Below are positions 12,294 through 25,794 of a stretch of 64,000 bases of DNA, one piece after another. The first letter of the stretch is position 1; each line of letters starts with the position of its first letter. Source of the stretch: Lama glama (Eukaryota); NCBI GenBank assembly GCA_028534125.1, contig CM052817.1, positions 104,720,001 through 104,784,000 of the forward strand, given 5' to 3'. The notes under the pieces are model-generated. The model had not been told where the DNA came from. It did not search any database and saw only the letters and a program-made list of their open reading frames with translations. The translations under genes were made by a program, and so were the position numbers.

Positions 12294-13280
12294 TTTCTTT
12301 TTTATTATATGTTAATGCAAGATATTGAATATAGTCCCTGTGCAATACCATATAAGCTTATTGTTTAGCTATTTTATATATAGTTAGTTAGTGCCTGCAA
12401 ATCTCAAACTCCTATTTTATCCTTTGTATCCCCTTTATCCCTAGTACCTATGAGTTTGTTTTCTGTGTCTGTGAGTCTGTTTCTGTTTGTAAATAAGTTC
12501 ACTTGTGTGATGACCTTTTTTCTTAGGTTCCACATATAAGTAATATCACGTATTTGTCATCACTTAGAATGATGATCTCCAGGTCCATTTATGTTATTGC
12601 AAATGGCATTATTTCACTCTTTTTTATGGCCGAATAGTATTCCATTGTATAAATATACCACAACTTCTTTATCTAATCATCTGTCAATGGACATTTAGGT
12701 GGTTTCCATGTCTTGGCTATTGTAAACGGTGCTGCTATGAACATTGGGGTGTGTGTATCTTTTTGAATTAGAGTTCCCTCTGCATATTTGCCTGGGATTG
12801 CTGGATCATACGATAAGTCTGTAGTTTTTTGAAGGATCTCCATACTGTTTTCCATAACGGCTGCACCAAACTACATTCCCAAGAACCCTGTGTGAGGGTT
12901 CCCTTTTCTCCACACCCTCTCCAGCATTTACTGTTTGTGGAATTTTTAATGATGGCCATTCTGACTGATGTGAGAAGATGCCTCATTGTAGTTTTGATTT
13001 GCATTTCTCTGATAATTAGTGATAGTGAGCATTTTTTCATGTGCCTATTGGCCATTTGTATGTCTTCATTGGAGAATTGCTTGTTTAGGTCTTCTGCCTA
13101 CTTTTTGATTGAGTTCTTTGTTATTTTGTTATCACGTTGTTTTATCTGTTTATATATCCTGGAGATGAAGCTCTTGTCATGTGCATGATTTGCAACTATT
13201 TTCTCCCATTCCATAGACTGTCTTTTCGGTTTGCTTATGGTTTCTTTTGATGTGCAAAAGTTTAATTAAGTACCATTTGG
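12294..13280 (-). mobile_element. 5'-truncated L1 (ORF2 end plus 3'UTR) with 15-bp TSD
   Basis: ORF2 C-terminal peptide [25 protein letters not shown]...[30 protein letters not shown] at 12279-12293 and 13281-13295. Confidence 0.93.
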
Positions 13281-15010
13281 TCATCCCATTTCTTAATAAC
13301 CATCTAAAGATTTCCACCCTGCTGGGATGAGTCCGATGACTTCCTTTTTTATTCCTATTACTGCCTCTTTCAACATTTGCTTTATTAGCCTTGTTTCTTA
13401 ATAACCCCTTAAAAATTTCCAGTTTGGGAAAGAGACTCTTGACTTTCCTCTGGGCTCCTTCCCATTCTCTTGTTAATTAACCCAATGTTTTTATTAGCAT
13501 TTGTAAGACATATGAGGGGGAGTGGAGATGGTAACTTTGATAAAGCTTCTTTAACTTTTTGTTTTGTTTTGTTTTGTTTTCTAAGGGAGCCCTCAAAGTT
13601 AGCCATTATATTTCTTTGGATCCACCTTGTAATTTGGCACCAATAAAACAGTTGTTTATAATGAGAATGTTCTAAAATCTTACCAGTTTAGAAGTTTCTC
13701 CAATTCAAAGGATCATCTTGCCATTATAGGATCTTAAAAGGGCACAAACTAATAAACTGTTTTTATGGCTTAACCAGGGGCAAAAGAAATGTCTCACAAG
13801 AGAGTGCAAAGAATGCAGCTTTCACAAGACCCAGAAAGTTAATTCCCCCAAAATAGTCTAAGAAAGTGAAGACCTTTGTTGCACAGGCAGTAAGGATGGT
13901 GTAGTCCCAACGCTTGTAGCAGCATTATTTACAACTAACAACACAAAGAAAGTTGAGATGACAAAGGTCCCTTATGATCTGGGACCTTTGTGACAAACTC
14001 CCCTGAAAGCTGGCACAGCTGAACAAAGAGAAGCCAGTCTCAAGAGCAAGTTGTTACCTGGGCTTCTGACCAACTAGTTATAGCTACTAAGAATCTTAGT
14101 CTCTTTCACTGACTGCCAAATAAACACAGGAATGTGCACTTTCTGGATAGTGGAAGCCGGAAAGAATATTCTCACTGGTCATAAAGTCAAACTCTTAGGA
14201 CATAGAACAAAACAAAAGGAAAATATTTATCTTTTCTCTCTCTCTCTCTCTTTTTTTTTTCCATGCATAAGAACAAGTTTAACTAAGCTTTGGGTCTCTT
14301 GGAACCAAACTAATACCTAGGAGGGATACGTTGTGGGTTGGGGATTGTGTGTTGCTTTACAAAGTGCCTTATTGTATGGACATTTTTTGAGGTTGGCTCA
14401 TAATTTGGTGTTGATCTAACATGTTCCATGTCCAATTTATCCTATAAGAAATACCTTCTTGAGTTGGCGAGTGCCACAATAACTGTTAAGTGCTTAATCT
14501 TTATGTACCAATTTTGCTGCTGTGCCTTCCAAGATGTCCCTTAGCAATAATCTTCACCTCAGGGGTATATCAACCCACAGAGAAGTGTGTCTAAACAGAT
14601 ATCAGTCTGGTAAGACCCACGAACTTGTTAGTCTGTGGGGCTGGCCTAGACAACTGGCTTATAGGGCCGATGCCTTGATCCTGCCTTTCCTTTCCATGAA
14701 CAAAGAACACAATGGACAGAGACAAAGAAAAACAGTGTCCATCTCTGGCAAGAAAAGGATCAGTAAAGACAAGAGTGCCTCATCAATTTAACCAAGAGTC
14801 ACTTAAGTCCGAAGAACTAGCTCTACAAATATTTCCTCCAGCTAATCTAGTTTCAGAGACATTTACCTTTTTTGTTTCCAACAGACCCTGCAGGCAAAGC
14901 TCTAGGAACTGACTGACATGGTAAGGATTTTTACCTTCTGCCAGCTTCATTTGTCCCAGAATCTCTTAGCTCAGCAGCCTTGGGGCGAGTAGTGTTCAGC
15001 CAGTAAAGTT

Positions 15011-15030
15011 GAATCCTGCTGACTTTGCCA
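15011..15030 (-). other. Primer binding site, tRNA-Ser type
   Basis: Minus strand TGGCAAAGTCAGCAGGATTC versus the complement of the tRNA-Ser 3' end, TGGCGTAGTCGGCAGGATTC (3 mismatches). Confidence 0.7.
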
Positions 15031-15032
15031 AC

Positions 15033-15592
15033 AGTCAGGGAGGAAGAAATTTTCCTCTACCTTTTTAATTTCTCCTGGCTGGTCCAAAAATTAAACTGGC
15101 AGGAAACAGAGTAACAGATAAAATCAAATAAAGTTTAATAATGTGTACATGAGAGAGACCCAGGAAAACTGTGTAACTCACCCAAATGGCTGACACATTC
15201 GCCTTAAATACCATCTACTGCGAAAAACAAAAAGGATGTCGGGGGTAGTGGTTTAGGAAGGCAATTCACATGGAAATGAAAAACCAAATGTTTGGTGAAT
15301 AAATATTTGCTGGGCCAGGCAGAGAAAACGGGACACAGAGTGGACTAATTTCTGGGTCCTGAGAAGTTTCCCTCACCACACCCAGCCCACATTCTTTGCA
15401 GATATACGTGGTGATAGCTGTATTCTGGGAACCTGGGAACAGGGCCTTTATCTAAATTATTTTATGCAGTTAAGGGAGTGGGGTGAAAAACAAGTAAAAC
15501 TTCCTGAATTTTCATTTCTTAAAGATAATCAGCCAAAATTAATCCTCAAGTCAGAAAGACACATGGGGGGGGGGTAATTTTGCTCTACTATA
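15033..15592 (-). repeat. 5' LTR of outer ERV1
   Basis: Homologous to 3660-4175 and immediately adjacent to the PBS. Confidence 0.8.
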
Positions 15593-16029
15593 ATGTTTAG
15601 ATAATCTGCATATATTTGATTATATATACATAAAATATTTTTGTAAAAATGCACCAGAAAATGATACCATGTACTGCTAAAGGGGACTCCTGGGGTCTTG
15701 AAGACAGAAGTAGGTGGGTGTTTTCCTCTGTATCCATTCTTGTATTTTTTAACTTTTGAATAAAAGGAGTATATTATTTATTCAAAATATAAAGAAATAT
15801 AATTAAAATTGTTTGGAATGCCAAACTAGAGAGAGTATTTAAACCAAGACTGTAATGAGAAAAAAAAACAATTACTAAGAAATACTATTTGTCATCCATG
15901 CAAAAAAAGAAAAACAAAAAAAACACTGAATGATTTAGACAATAGTTTCTTATGAGAAAAGGAAAACTTTTAACATATTTCTGTGGAAAATTTAATAAAC
16001 AGAGGAAAAAAAACCTTCCCTTTATATTA

Positions 16030-16597
16030 ATATCAACAAGCAAAAGTTTGTGTGCCCAATGCCCAGTGAGACCAAGCAAACTGAAACATCAGAGTTTGGA
16101 GCAAAGAAATGTTTATTGCTAGGCTGAGCCAGAAGGATGAGTGGCTCATACTCAAAAGACACAAAATCCCAGATGGTTTTCAGGGAGCAGTTTTCATAGG
16201 CAAAATTTGGGAGGAGGTCTGCAGGGTGTGTCACCTTCCTCTGATTGGTTGGTTCCTCTGATCCAGGGTGTTGCCCCAGGAATCTTGTGCTCAGCCTGAA
16301 GTTGCCACCCGCCACCTGCGTAGGGTCATAGTTCTTACAGAAGAATTCTAAGGTATTGTTATGTATTTCATTCAGAAGGAACCAGGACCCTGCCCCAAGG
16401 CTGCACTATTGTTCCTTGACTGTTCCTCCCTTGTTTCTGCCTTCCTTCCCTTCCCTGATTAGCAACTGTTTGAATCTGCCCTTTGGAACTCAGGGAAGGT
16501 CAAGGAGGCCAAATGACGCCTACTAACTACAAAAGAGAAGTGCGAGACTGAAAGGACTGTACCGGGGAAGAAGCCACAATGTCCTGCTCTGCTTTAC
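16030..16597 (-). mobile_element. ERV1 solo LTR (same family as 30133-30536)
   Basis: Minus-strand AATAAA at ~16106-16111. Long shared blocks with 30170-30530 (gaatcttgtgctcagcctgaagt, gaaccaggaccctgcccc, ggaactcaggga). Confidence 0.8.
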
Positions 16598-17466
16598 TGA
16601 TAGGTTTTATTTTCCCTTCTTTGTCCTACAATAGGAATAGTCTGCATATTTTCACATAATAAACATCTTTGGAATTGCTCATACACTTCATCTGTATTAT
16701 AGTATTGTTAATTTATTATATTTAAGTGAACATTTGCATTTATCTAGTGAAAGTTGACAAGACTGCCCATGCATAAGAATTTTTTCATTAAGCATCTACC
16801 TTCCTTCTGTATTATATTATTATAAATGACATGATTTTTAAGGTGTTTAGGAATAAGTAATAAGTTAATATAGAGTCCAGAGTTGGAGCCCACTCAGAAT
16901 TCACCTCTTTATGTTTTCTGTGATGAGCACCTTCAAGTGATTATTTAAAGATGACCTCAGAAGGATATTGCTTAATGACTTACAGGATAAGTCAGCTTCT
17001 GTTTTTATTTAAACTGGAAGCTACAAAGCAAGAATGGTTGTCTTTAGCAACCATAACTGTACACCTGAGACTTGGTAGAGAATGCAAATGAAATCTATTT
17101 AGCTTAGAAGAAAAACTCCAATAAGAAAATATTCCATTTTTCTTGTGACCAAGATTAGTCTTGTATTAAGTGTCCTTACATGTTGGGACTGAGAAGTGAT
17201 GCTGCTGGTCAAAAATGAATGGGAAGAAAACAAGTTCAATATAGTTAATGAAATGCTCTTTAATTATAGATATCTGCGTGGGAGAGAAAACTGCTTTTCA
17301 TGGACAACAAAGACTTTGTCCTTATCTTAAAAAAAATAGAGTATATTACACTAATTATCATATGTAGGAAGCATTTTACTTGTTCCTAGATGAAGTTTAA
17401 TCAATTCTGTGCTGATTTCACTCTAAAAAACATTATAGGAAAAGATTCTTAAACAAGATCAGAGTA

Positions 17467-17819
17467 CAGTTGACTGTTGAACAAGGTGGGGGTTAAGGGC
17501 ACCTACCGCCCCACCTCCTGCCCCTCACAGCTCCTGCAATCAGCAATCCAAGTATTGCTCACTCTGCCTCAAAAACAAAGGGATTGTTCAATGACCCACC
17601 CAAGGGCAGGAAAACTGACACAGTTTGGATAGAATCAAGGCTCAAACACTAGTTCTCTTTGACTTTACATATTGTGATCTCTAATCGAACACAAACCTTT
17701 TCCCACACTTAGTTAAAGATCTGTAAAATGAAAATACAGGTACTACATTTATTGAAAAAAAAAATCTGTGGATAAATGGACCTGTGCAGTTCAAACCTGT
17801 GTTGTTCAAAAGTCAACTG
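17467..17819. mobile_element. Tigger2-type (TcMar-Tigger) MITE
   Basis: TIRs CAGTTGACTGTTGAACAA ... TTGTTCAAAAGTCAACTG, with TA on both sides (17465-66, 17820-21). Confidence 0.85.
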
Positions 17820-18054
17820 TATACCCCAAAGGGCAAGTATCTTTACATTTGACTCTATCAGATTAACAAATGTCTATATTTAGAAAGGTGCCAAAAACAA
17901 AATTAAAATATAAGAACATGTTAATGCGTATAAAGCACTTAGAAACAGGCCTGGCACAGTTTAAAGCCTCAATGTATGTTAATAATTTCACTTTTACTTT
18001 TGGCCATGAAGTAAGAAATAGAAGCTTATAGGAAAGCTAAATCCTATCTTTCTG

Positions 18055-18330
18055 CAGTAATATTTAATTGAAGTATTCACACAGAAATTACACAAATCTC
18101 ACGTGTACAGCTTAATAAATTTCTACAAAAGTGAGCACACTTGCCCAGATCAAGAAATAAGCATTGTCACATTCCAGGAGCCCCCTCACCCCCACCCCGA
18201 TTAGGAACCCCCTAACTTCCCAGAGGTAGGTTGCCCTACCTTAATATTAAATTAATTAATAATAAAACACAATAGTTCAGTTTTGCCTAGTTTTGAACTC
18301 CATATAGATGGACTCATGCAGCATATATTT
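18055..18330 (-). mobile_element. Old L1 3' end fragment
   Basis: aattgaagtattcacacag...acaaatct..gtgtacagctt...cccagatcaagaaata...ttttgcctagttttgaact. Confidence 0.6.
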
Positions 18331-18339
18331 ACATCAGTT

Positions 18340-18480
18340 TTGTATTCCGAGTAAGACTTTATCACAATTTTAGTGGCTTAAAATAACACAGACTTATTAT
18401 CTTATAGTTTCCCTGGGTCAAAAGTCCTGCATGATGTGACTGGATTCTCAGCTCAGGGTCTCACATGACTGAGATCTGTC
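18340..18480 (-). mobile_element. MLT1 (MaLR) LTR fragment
   Basis: tttagtggcttaaaataacacag.cttattatctta.agtt...ctgggtcaaaagtc. Confidence 0.6.
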
Positions 18481-19259
18481 TGCCTTCTCAGGTTCTGAAG
18501 CTGGCCTACATCGGGAATGAAGTGGAAGTGCTCCAGAAGTCCAGCATCAATTTTGGTCAAATCTATTGCAGGGTAGAGCAATACTTTTCAGACCAGTATT
18601 AGAGCATCCTCTGTACAGGTCCTAAAATTTACAATATGTATATACATGTAGGAAAAATGCTGAAAGACTTTGAGTTTGACCCAAAAATGTGTTCTTCCAA
18701 AATTCTAGGTTTTCTCAGTCTTTCCTTATTTTTGCACTATTTTGCAGCCTTACAAGTTGTATCTAAAGGCAATGCAAAGATCCTTCCCCATAAAAATGCA
18801 AATTGTTTGTCAGATGGAATGGAATTTATTATTGCTTGGGAGTTGACCCATTGTGCATCTGTTTGCAAATTTATTTCAGCATTCCTTATTTGCCTACATG
18901 TGTATAACTCTTTGAATTTTCTTTTGAAACTGGTTGTAACATCTTACTGATTTCACTGTCAATTAATCAGTTAAAAACAAAACCTTTGACATGTGTTCAT
19001 TTTGTACTTCTATGGGAGTCATAATTTTACCTTTTAAAAAATCTATTCTTTAACATAATTTCATAATAATTTGATCATTGTGTTTCATTTATATATGCCT
19101 ATTTATAGAAACCAGAACCAATTTACCATTTAAATGGATTCAAAGATTTGTGTGTATTCCGACTTTAAGGTACATTTTTAGTCATTTTAATGATTAATTT
19201 TGAGTTCTTCTTCAGGAATTGAATTGAACTTCATACTACTATTCCAATAGATAGGAAAG

Positions 19260-19935
19260 TCTGCATTACAAGGTCCATCCATATTGCAGATAGCAGTGTA
19301 AATATAATCGTATCAATTGCTTCCCTAAATCTTTTCTGTAATTTCCCATTACTCTTGTAATAAAACTCCACATCCTTAACTGGTCCCAATCTTTCTTTTC
19401 TGGAAGATTTCCACACTCCACAGAGCTTTCCACAAAGATACTGATCATTTTCTCAGTCTCTCAAACACAACATGTATATTTCTCAGTTCAGAATCTTTGC
19501 ACACGCTATTGATTCTGCCTGGAAAGTGTTTCCCCACCATCTACAACTCTCCCTTTATTCCTTCTGAGTCTCTCTTCCTCTTTCTTCCTTCCCCCTTTTT
19601 TCCTTCCCATCCTACCCACCTCCCTGCTTTATTCATTCCAATTCAACCCTTACATTCATCTCAAGTTTTTCCCCTTCAGGCAAATTTTCCTAATCCCACC
19701 CCCAGAATAAATCAGGTCCCTTTGTAACTTACTCTCAGTGTCAGATTTCTCTCCTTCTTGGCATTTAGCCCACTTTGTAATGATGGATTCAATTTTTAAT
19801 TACTTTTTTAAAGTTTTTAAGTAATTTTAAAGTAATTTAATTAATTTTAAAGTTAAGGTCCTGGTCTCTTGCTTACCTGTGTATATGAAACTTCTAGTAA
19901 AAAATCTGACATGTATTGTGTACTCAATAAATCAC
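19260..19935 (+). mobile_element. L2 3' fragment
   Basis: cccattactctt..aataaaactcc.catcctta; tttgcacacgctattgattctgcctggaa; terminal tactcaataaat. Confidence 0.6.
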
Positions 19936-20176
19936 TCAGCTACCTTGGAATCTTACTACTTTGCTATTAGGTCGGACATGTGAAATTGTCACTATTCAGC
20001 CACTTTTATGTACTACTACTAATAATTTCTAAAAATGTGACCACACAATAAGGTATTTCTAGATGCAATTCTCTTGGATAGCATGCAAATGAATCTTGAA
20101 AGTGACTTCCCCATGTTAGTAATTAAGAATGATGTGAATTCTGGTTCAAATTTTGTCCTTTACTATAGTGTGGCAT

Positions 20177-21240
20177 TGTTACTGACCCAGGTTTGGCTGC
20201 TTGTTGCTGGAAAATCAATACTTGAGAGACAAATGCTGGTAGGAACAGAAAAGGTGCTTTAATCAGGAAGCTGAGGAGAAGGTGAACTTGAGTCCCGGAA
20301 TCAACTCCAAAGATTCTGCTTGGCCTTGGAAGTTTTTAAAGGGAAAAAGGAGAAGTAACCGCAGTTAATCACTGCAGTCGGGAGCCAGATTTGTTGCCAT
20401 CTTCCACTGTGTGCAGGCTTGTTGACCCCTTGTGGTCTTTCTTTGGATGCTGTCTTGTTCACACAGCTTGCTCACAAGATTACTGAAGGGGAAACTGGGG
20501 GAAGATCTAGTCATTCATTAATTACTTATTCTTCATTTCTACTTCTTTGATCAACGGAAAGAACCAACAGGTTAGGCCGACTATTATGTGATCAAAAGAT
20601 TTGAAATGTGTGCTTGGGCTGGAGGTTAGTTAAAATACAGCTTTAGTAAAGTGACAAGACAAAAGAAGGGGCAAGCAGAGAGCTCTTTTCTGCAAAGATC
20701 TGCCTGTAAAAAGCTGCTTACAAATCCCCATTTGTCAAACATTATTCCATTTCTATGGGATTATGGGTGAAGGTTTGTCTTCTGTAACTTCTTCATGCTG
20801 ACCTGGGGCGCCATGTTCTCAGAGTAGAAGATGTTAGCGTGGGTCTGTAGCATCTCTTTGCTGACAGTTTTAGATACTTGCTTACATAGACGGGAAGAGC
20901 AAGCTACAATTATTTTGATGCCCACAGATATACAGATTAATGAGCAAAAGTGTTAATCCTGTTCTCTTGAGGACAATCCTTGGAATTGTGCTAAACATAG
21001 ATTCAGTTGTGCTCAAGATGGAGCAGATTATGTCATGACTGCAGTCTGGTCATCACACAGGTAGCTTTTTCCCTCTGGTGGCAGTTATGATATCTGTGAC
21101 TCTGTTGCCCTAATAATTAGCTTCTTGAACTTGGTCTTTTGTGACTCAGGGAAACCTGGGAGACTTCAACTTTTCTACAAACAAGAGGGAGGGGACATGG
21201 AGGGACCTTTGTACTGGGGGGAGGGTTCTGCTCAGTTTCA
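20177..21240 (-). mobile_element. Compound ERV1 LTR element (LTR-B U3 start + env tail + PPT + LTR-A) with GCAT TSD
   Basis: TG at 20177 and CA at 21240; GCAT at 20173-20176 and 21241-21244; internal LTR end (CA at 20722) with an adjacent PPT. Confidence 0.75.
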
Positions 21241-24200
21241 GCATGTCTTAGGAAAAAGTCTAAAAAATCTGTAAGTGTCTTATCTTTCTCACATAAAAAA
21301 TAGGAATGATTTAAGTGCTTTCGTGTAAAGTAGTTATGAGGATTAAATAAATTAATACATTTAAAGCAGTGAATATATTTAAACTCTGCTTAGCCTCAAG
21401 TAATATTAACTGTTTTTTTTTTAAAAATACTTTTGTGGCCTGATTTCATAAAAAACACATAACATTTTTAAAAGAGAAGAAAAATACCTAGCATCTAAAA
21501 GACAGTCAATACTCATTATCTTTAAGGTCATCAATGACAGCTTTAAGTGGCTGGTCCATGAAGATCTTTCCTCTTGGAGGAAACACACACCATAGTATTG
21601 TAACACATGTTGATAACTAGTTATTGCTGTAGCAATGTTTTCCCACAGGGTAGGAGAAGGAAAATAAGTGAACATTGTCATAATTTTTGTAATGTGATTG
21701 ATAAGCCATAGAACAAGACCCCTTTGCGATCATACCGTCTAGAATCTAGATGGTCTTGGATTGGTTCAGGCTTCTTGTAATATACTCTAACTGCATCTGA
21801 ATGGGGGGAACATGAGAAATCCAAGAGTAAGCTCCCCCAAAACTGAAAGAGTCTCCCTAAAATGTTCTCCAGATAATTAACAATGCCAGCTGTGCCATGA
21901 AAAATAAAGGATCTCTAATCAAATAAGTTTGGGAAATACTCTTTCTAATGATTCACAGTAAACATTCACATATTAAAGGCTCTAAGAAGTTCTCTAGAAA
22001 AGAAACATATTTGACTTGATTTAAGCCAATGATTTTCAAATTCACTTTACTACAACCTTTTTTAAAACATTATGCTTACAGACGCTTTGAGAAACCAGTG
22101 TCCATGGTAACACACTTGGGAAACCCTGATTTGGCCTTTTAGGTAGTCCCAAATTATATAAAGTTTAATTAGAAGAAAACCCATACCATAGTCAATTAAA
22201 AATGATTTATGGAAAAATATAAAGCTATGAGATCTTTTTTGCTGGCTACACAGACACACAAATGTGCCCTTTTATATTCCAACATATGGTAAATCCTTCC
22301 AAAGTAAAACCTCAAACTTCAAAATTAAAAAAGGGCTACACTTACACAAAATGTTATCTAAACTCAATATTCTGGGTTACAGCTAACATTTAGATTGACT
22401 TTAAACTAAGGGAAATAATATATTCCAGGACTAAGCATGTGCAATTAGGAAAACAGACATACAGTATGTTAAAAAAAAAAAATCAGGATAGAAGGGAAAA
22501 CTTCCCTTTTGTGATTCCTAATTATGCTCTGAAAAATGATCTGCACCCTGGACTCATTGCTGTGCATCTTCGTGGTTTGGAGATTTCTCTAAGAATTAAG
22601 CTGCAAAGATTATGTGTATTTCCCAGTTGGCTGTATTACCATGGGTTACTCTATATTATAACACTTACGCATTTTTAAAGAATATGACACACCTTTCTCT
22701 CTGCAGTTTCTTTATACTGAAATGTAATGGAAGTGCTTTAATTCCTCAATAGTGATAGAAGCTGGACAGAGTTAATTTGTTTTAGAAAAGGTGAAAAGTA
22801 AAAAGGCCCTTTATTTTTTTAAAAAAATTGCCAACCTGGAAACATTTCTTTTACAGAATCAGATATCATAAGTTCTTGTGTGGAGTGTATTAAGTTTGAG
22901 AGATCTGTTAGTAAAATGTGGCAAAGACCACTAATTACCCACCATGTATCCTCATTCGAAATATTAACTGTCCATTAAATAGTCTTGATCTCATTCTATA
23001 ATGTGACTTGCAGGTAAATAGCAGCTCAGTCAGGGGTTTCATTTTCTTGCCTCTGTTCACATAGGTGAGGCCATGTCACTAGTTCTGACCAAAGGACGAA
23101 GATGTGTAGCATCACATCGAGGCTGAGGAGCCAGACTTTCTTTCTATGGGCTCCCAGGTGAAGCATGAGGCAGATCCAAGTAGGTTGCATGTAATTATCT
23201 GTGACATGCACATCCATGTTGATTTCCAGTGTTTCCTATCGACAATTGTCTGTTGCTCATTAGGTACATTAAAATGTCATTTTCAGGAAAAGAATGTGAA
23301 ATCATGACAGTCATGCAGATATAAAAGTGGAAATATGTTAAGATTTTATTCTATTCATTGAATGAGGGAATCAGGCAGATGTTACAACCAATTCAAAGGA
23401 AGAGTCAAAAAAAAAGCACAGACGTCTGTGAAGTAAAGGCAATGCTAAAACATACTGCAAATGGAAACAGAGCTATTTTTGGGGGGAGAACAAGGAGGCT
23501 GGAAAAAGTCAATTAAATCTCTACCAGGTAGGACAGAATTTGCATATTTATCAGATACACAGTATAAGAATTATAAAATAACTTGGAGATGATGAAAAGC
23601 TAGAATCAGATTGCCTGGAAGGCTGTTTTACATATGAGTGGTGTATGGTTTCCAGTGAAATACAGATTGTCTCCTACATGTGGAAAATGAATCAGAAGAT
23701 GCCACACTGTTTATGATCTGATCTAAGCCAACTAACAATAGCTTATACTGGTAGAATTTAAAAAAATTAACAGTAACTTGTCTTTATTTTAAATATATTG
23801 CCATTATTAAGTGCATTAGTACAGCAACACATATTTACATTACAAGTTATTTCTATTTTTTAATAATAGTGTTTCTATACAGTTTATTTTCTTTGTGATT
23901 TCAGTATTTTCCTTTATATATTTAAAATATCCTTCTGAGAAGTCAGTAATGATTCCACAGATTGCCTCAAGGGCCCATGGGAAAAAAAGAACATTAAGAA
24001 TCTCAGCTCCAGGAGAAAATAAGCAGAATGTCACGTTAGAATGTGGGTTGGTTGTTACCGGATGCGTTTAGCATGGTATTCAATGAAAGGGATTAGCTTA
24101 GATGGGAATTGGAGAGTTAACGATTTAGGACCTCTCAGGGTTGGAGAGAACTGACTTCTGCAGAAGAGTGTGATGACTGAAAAGCTTGAGCTGTGCAGGC

Positions 24201-24281
24201 CCATCACAGATGGAGACCATACAATTGTCTTGTTTCAAATTGCCCCGACGTGGTCACTGTCATGTGAAAAGAGAAGCATTG

Positions 24282-25282
24282 TTTGCACAACAAAGGAAAC
24301 CATAAACAAAGCAAAAAGACAACCTATGGACTGGGAGAAAATATTTGCAAATGATGTGATTGACAAGGGCTTAATTTCCAGAATATATAGACAGTTCACA
24401 CAAATCAGTAACAAACAAAAACAAACAACTCAATCAAAAAATGAGCAGAATACCTAAATAGATATTTTTCCAATGAAGACACACAGATGGCTATGAAAAA
24501 ATGCTCAATACTGCTAATTATCAGAGAAATGCAAATCAAAACTACAAAGAGATATCACCTCACACCAGTCAGAATGTCCATAAATAAGTCAGAAAGTCCA
24601 TAAACAATAAATGCTGCAGAGGATGTGAAGAAAAGGGAACCCTCCTACACTGCTGGCAAGAGTGTAGTTTGGTGCAGCCATTATGGAGGAGAGTATGGAG
24701 ATTCCTTAAAAAAACTAAAAATAATGTTATCACATGTTCCAGCAATCCCAATCCTGGGCATATACCAGGAGAAAATTGTAATTCAAAAAGATACATGTTC
24801 ATAGCAGCATTATTTACCATAGGAAAGACATGGAAGTAAACTAAATGTCCATCTACAGATGACTGGATAAGGAAGATGTGGTACATATATACAGTGGAAT
24901 ACTACTCGGCCATAAAAAGGAATGAAATAATACCATTTGCAGCAACATGAATGGACCTAGAGATCATCAGTCTAAGTGAAGTAAGTCAGAAAGAGAAAGA
25001 CAAATATCATGTAGTATCATTTATATGTGGAATCTAAAAAAATACAAACGAACTTATTTACGAAAAAAGAAAACCAGACTCACATACATAAAGAAACTTA
25101 TGGTTACCAAAGGGAAAAAGGGGTGCAGGAGGTATAAATTAGGAGTTTGAGATTAGCAGATACAAACTACCTATACATAAAATAGATAAACAAGGTTCTA
25201 CTGCATAGCACAGGGAAATATATTCAATATCTTGTAATAACCTATAAGAAAAAGATATGAAAAAGAATGAAAAAAAAAAAAA
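24282..25282 (+). mobile_element. 5'-truncated L1 with poly-A and imperfect TSD
   Basis: [26 protein letters not shown]2 peptide; cetartiodactyl-type 3'UTR; flanks AGAGAAGCATTG / AGAGAAGCACTG. Confidence 0.9.
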
Positions 25283-25794
25283 GAGAGAAGCACTGGGTAA
25301 GGGAAAACAAACAAACAAAAGAAGCTGGCCTGAGAACTATTGTCTAGAAAGGACATTTTTATGTTGTCATGGTACATGGAACTGGAGACAAATAGATCAG
25401 AAGCCTGCACAATTTTGAGAGCTTGTATTGCCAAGGCAACCAGCAGCCTACCTTTGATGCAGTGAGCCTTCGAACAACCTCTGGGCTCTCAAACTTATCT
25501 GAACAGGAAGAAGGTTGCAAAAGATGCACACCACCGAGAAGGCCACGGGTCCCCAGATCCACTTCCGCTGAGCTCATCGAGATAATAAACAAGACAGAGC
25601 GTCTTAGAAGGTATTTCTGGGCCATGTTGACATGGGCCATAGAGAACAATGAATAGACAGGCTCTTCCCAGAAAGCAAAATTGGGGTCTAAGTAGGAAAT
25701 CTCTGCTCTCACCTGGGTAAAGGAACTCACAGAACCTGCCTTCAGGTTTTCATCATCACTGTGGACCAATAGCTGATCCATTTCTCATGCCTAC

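Larger units (their letters stand above)
3660..15592 (-). mobile_element. Old ERV1 (MER4-group-like) provirus with paired LTRs and AT-rich, non-coding-looking internal region; interrupted by nested insertions
   Basis: Direct repeats at ~3660-4175 and ~15033-15592. tRNA-Ser PBS abuts the right LTR. Purine-rich tract on the minus strand (4176-4190) abuts the left LTR. Confidence 0.8.

Noticed and set aside
11382..15030. tRNA-like sequences at 11382-11399 and 15011-15030 as tRNA genes
   Set aside because: Only the 18-20 nt 3' ends including CCA are present, next to LTRs; they are primer binding sites.
25359..25781. 140-aa minus-strand ORF
   Set aside because: No recognisable domain, promoter or splice support; lies between repeats; length is compatible with chance.
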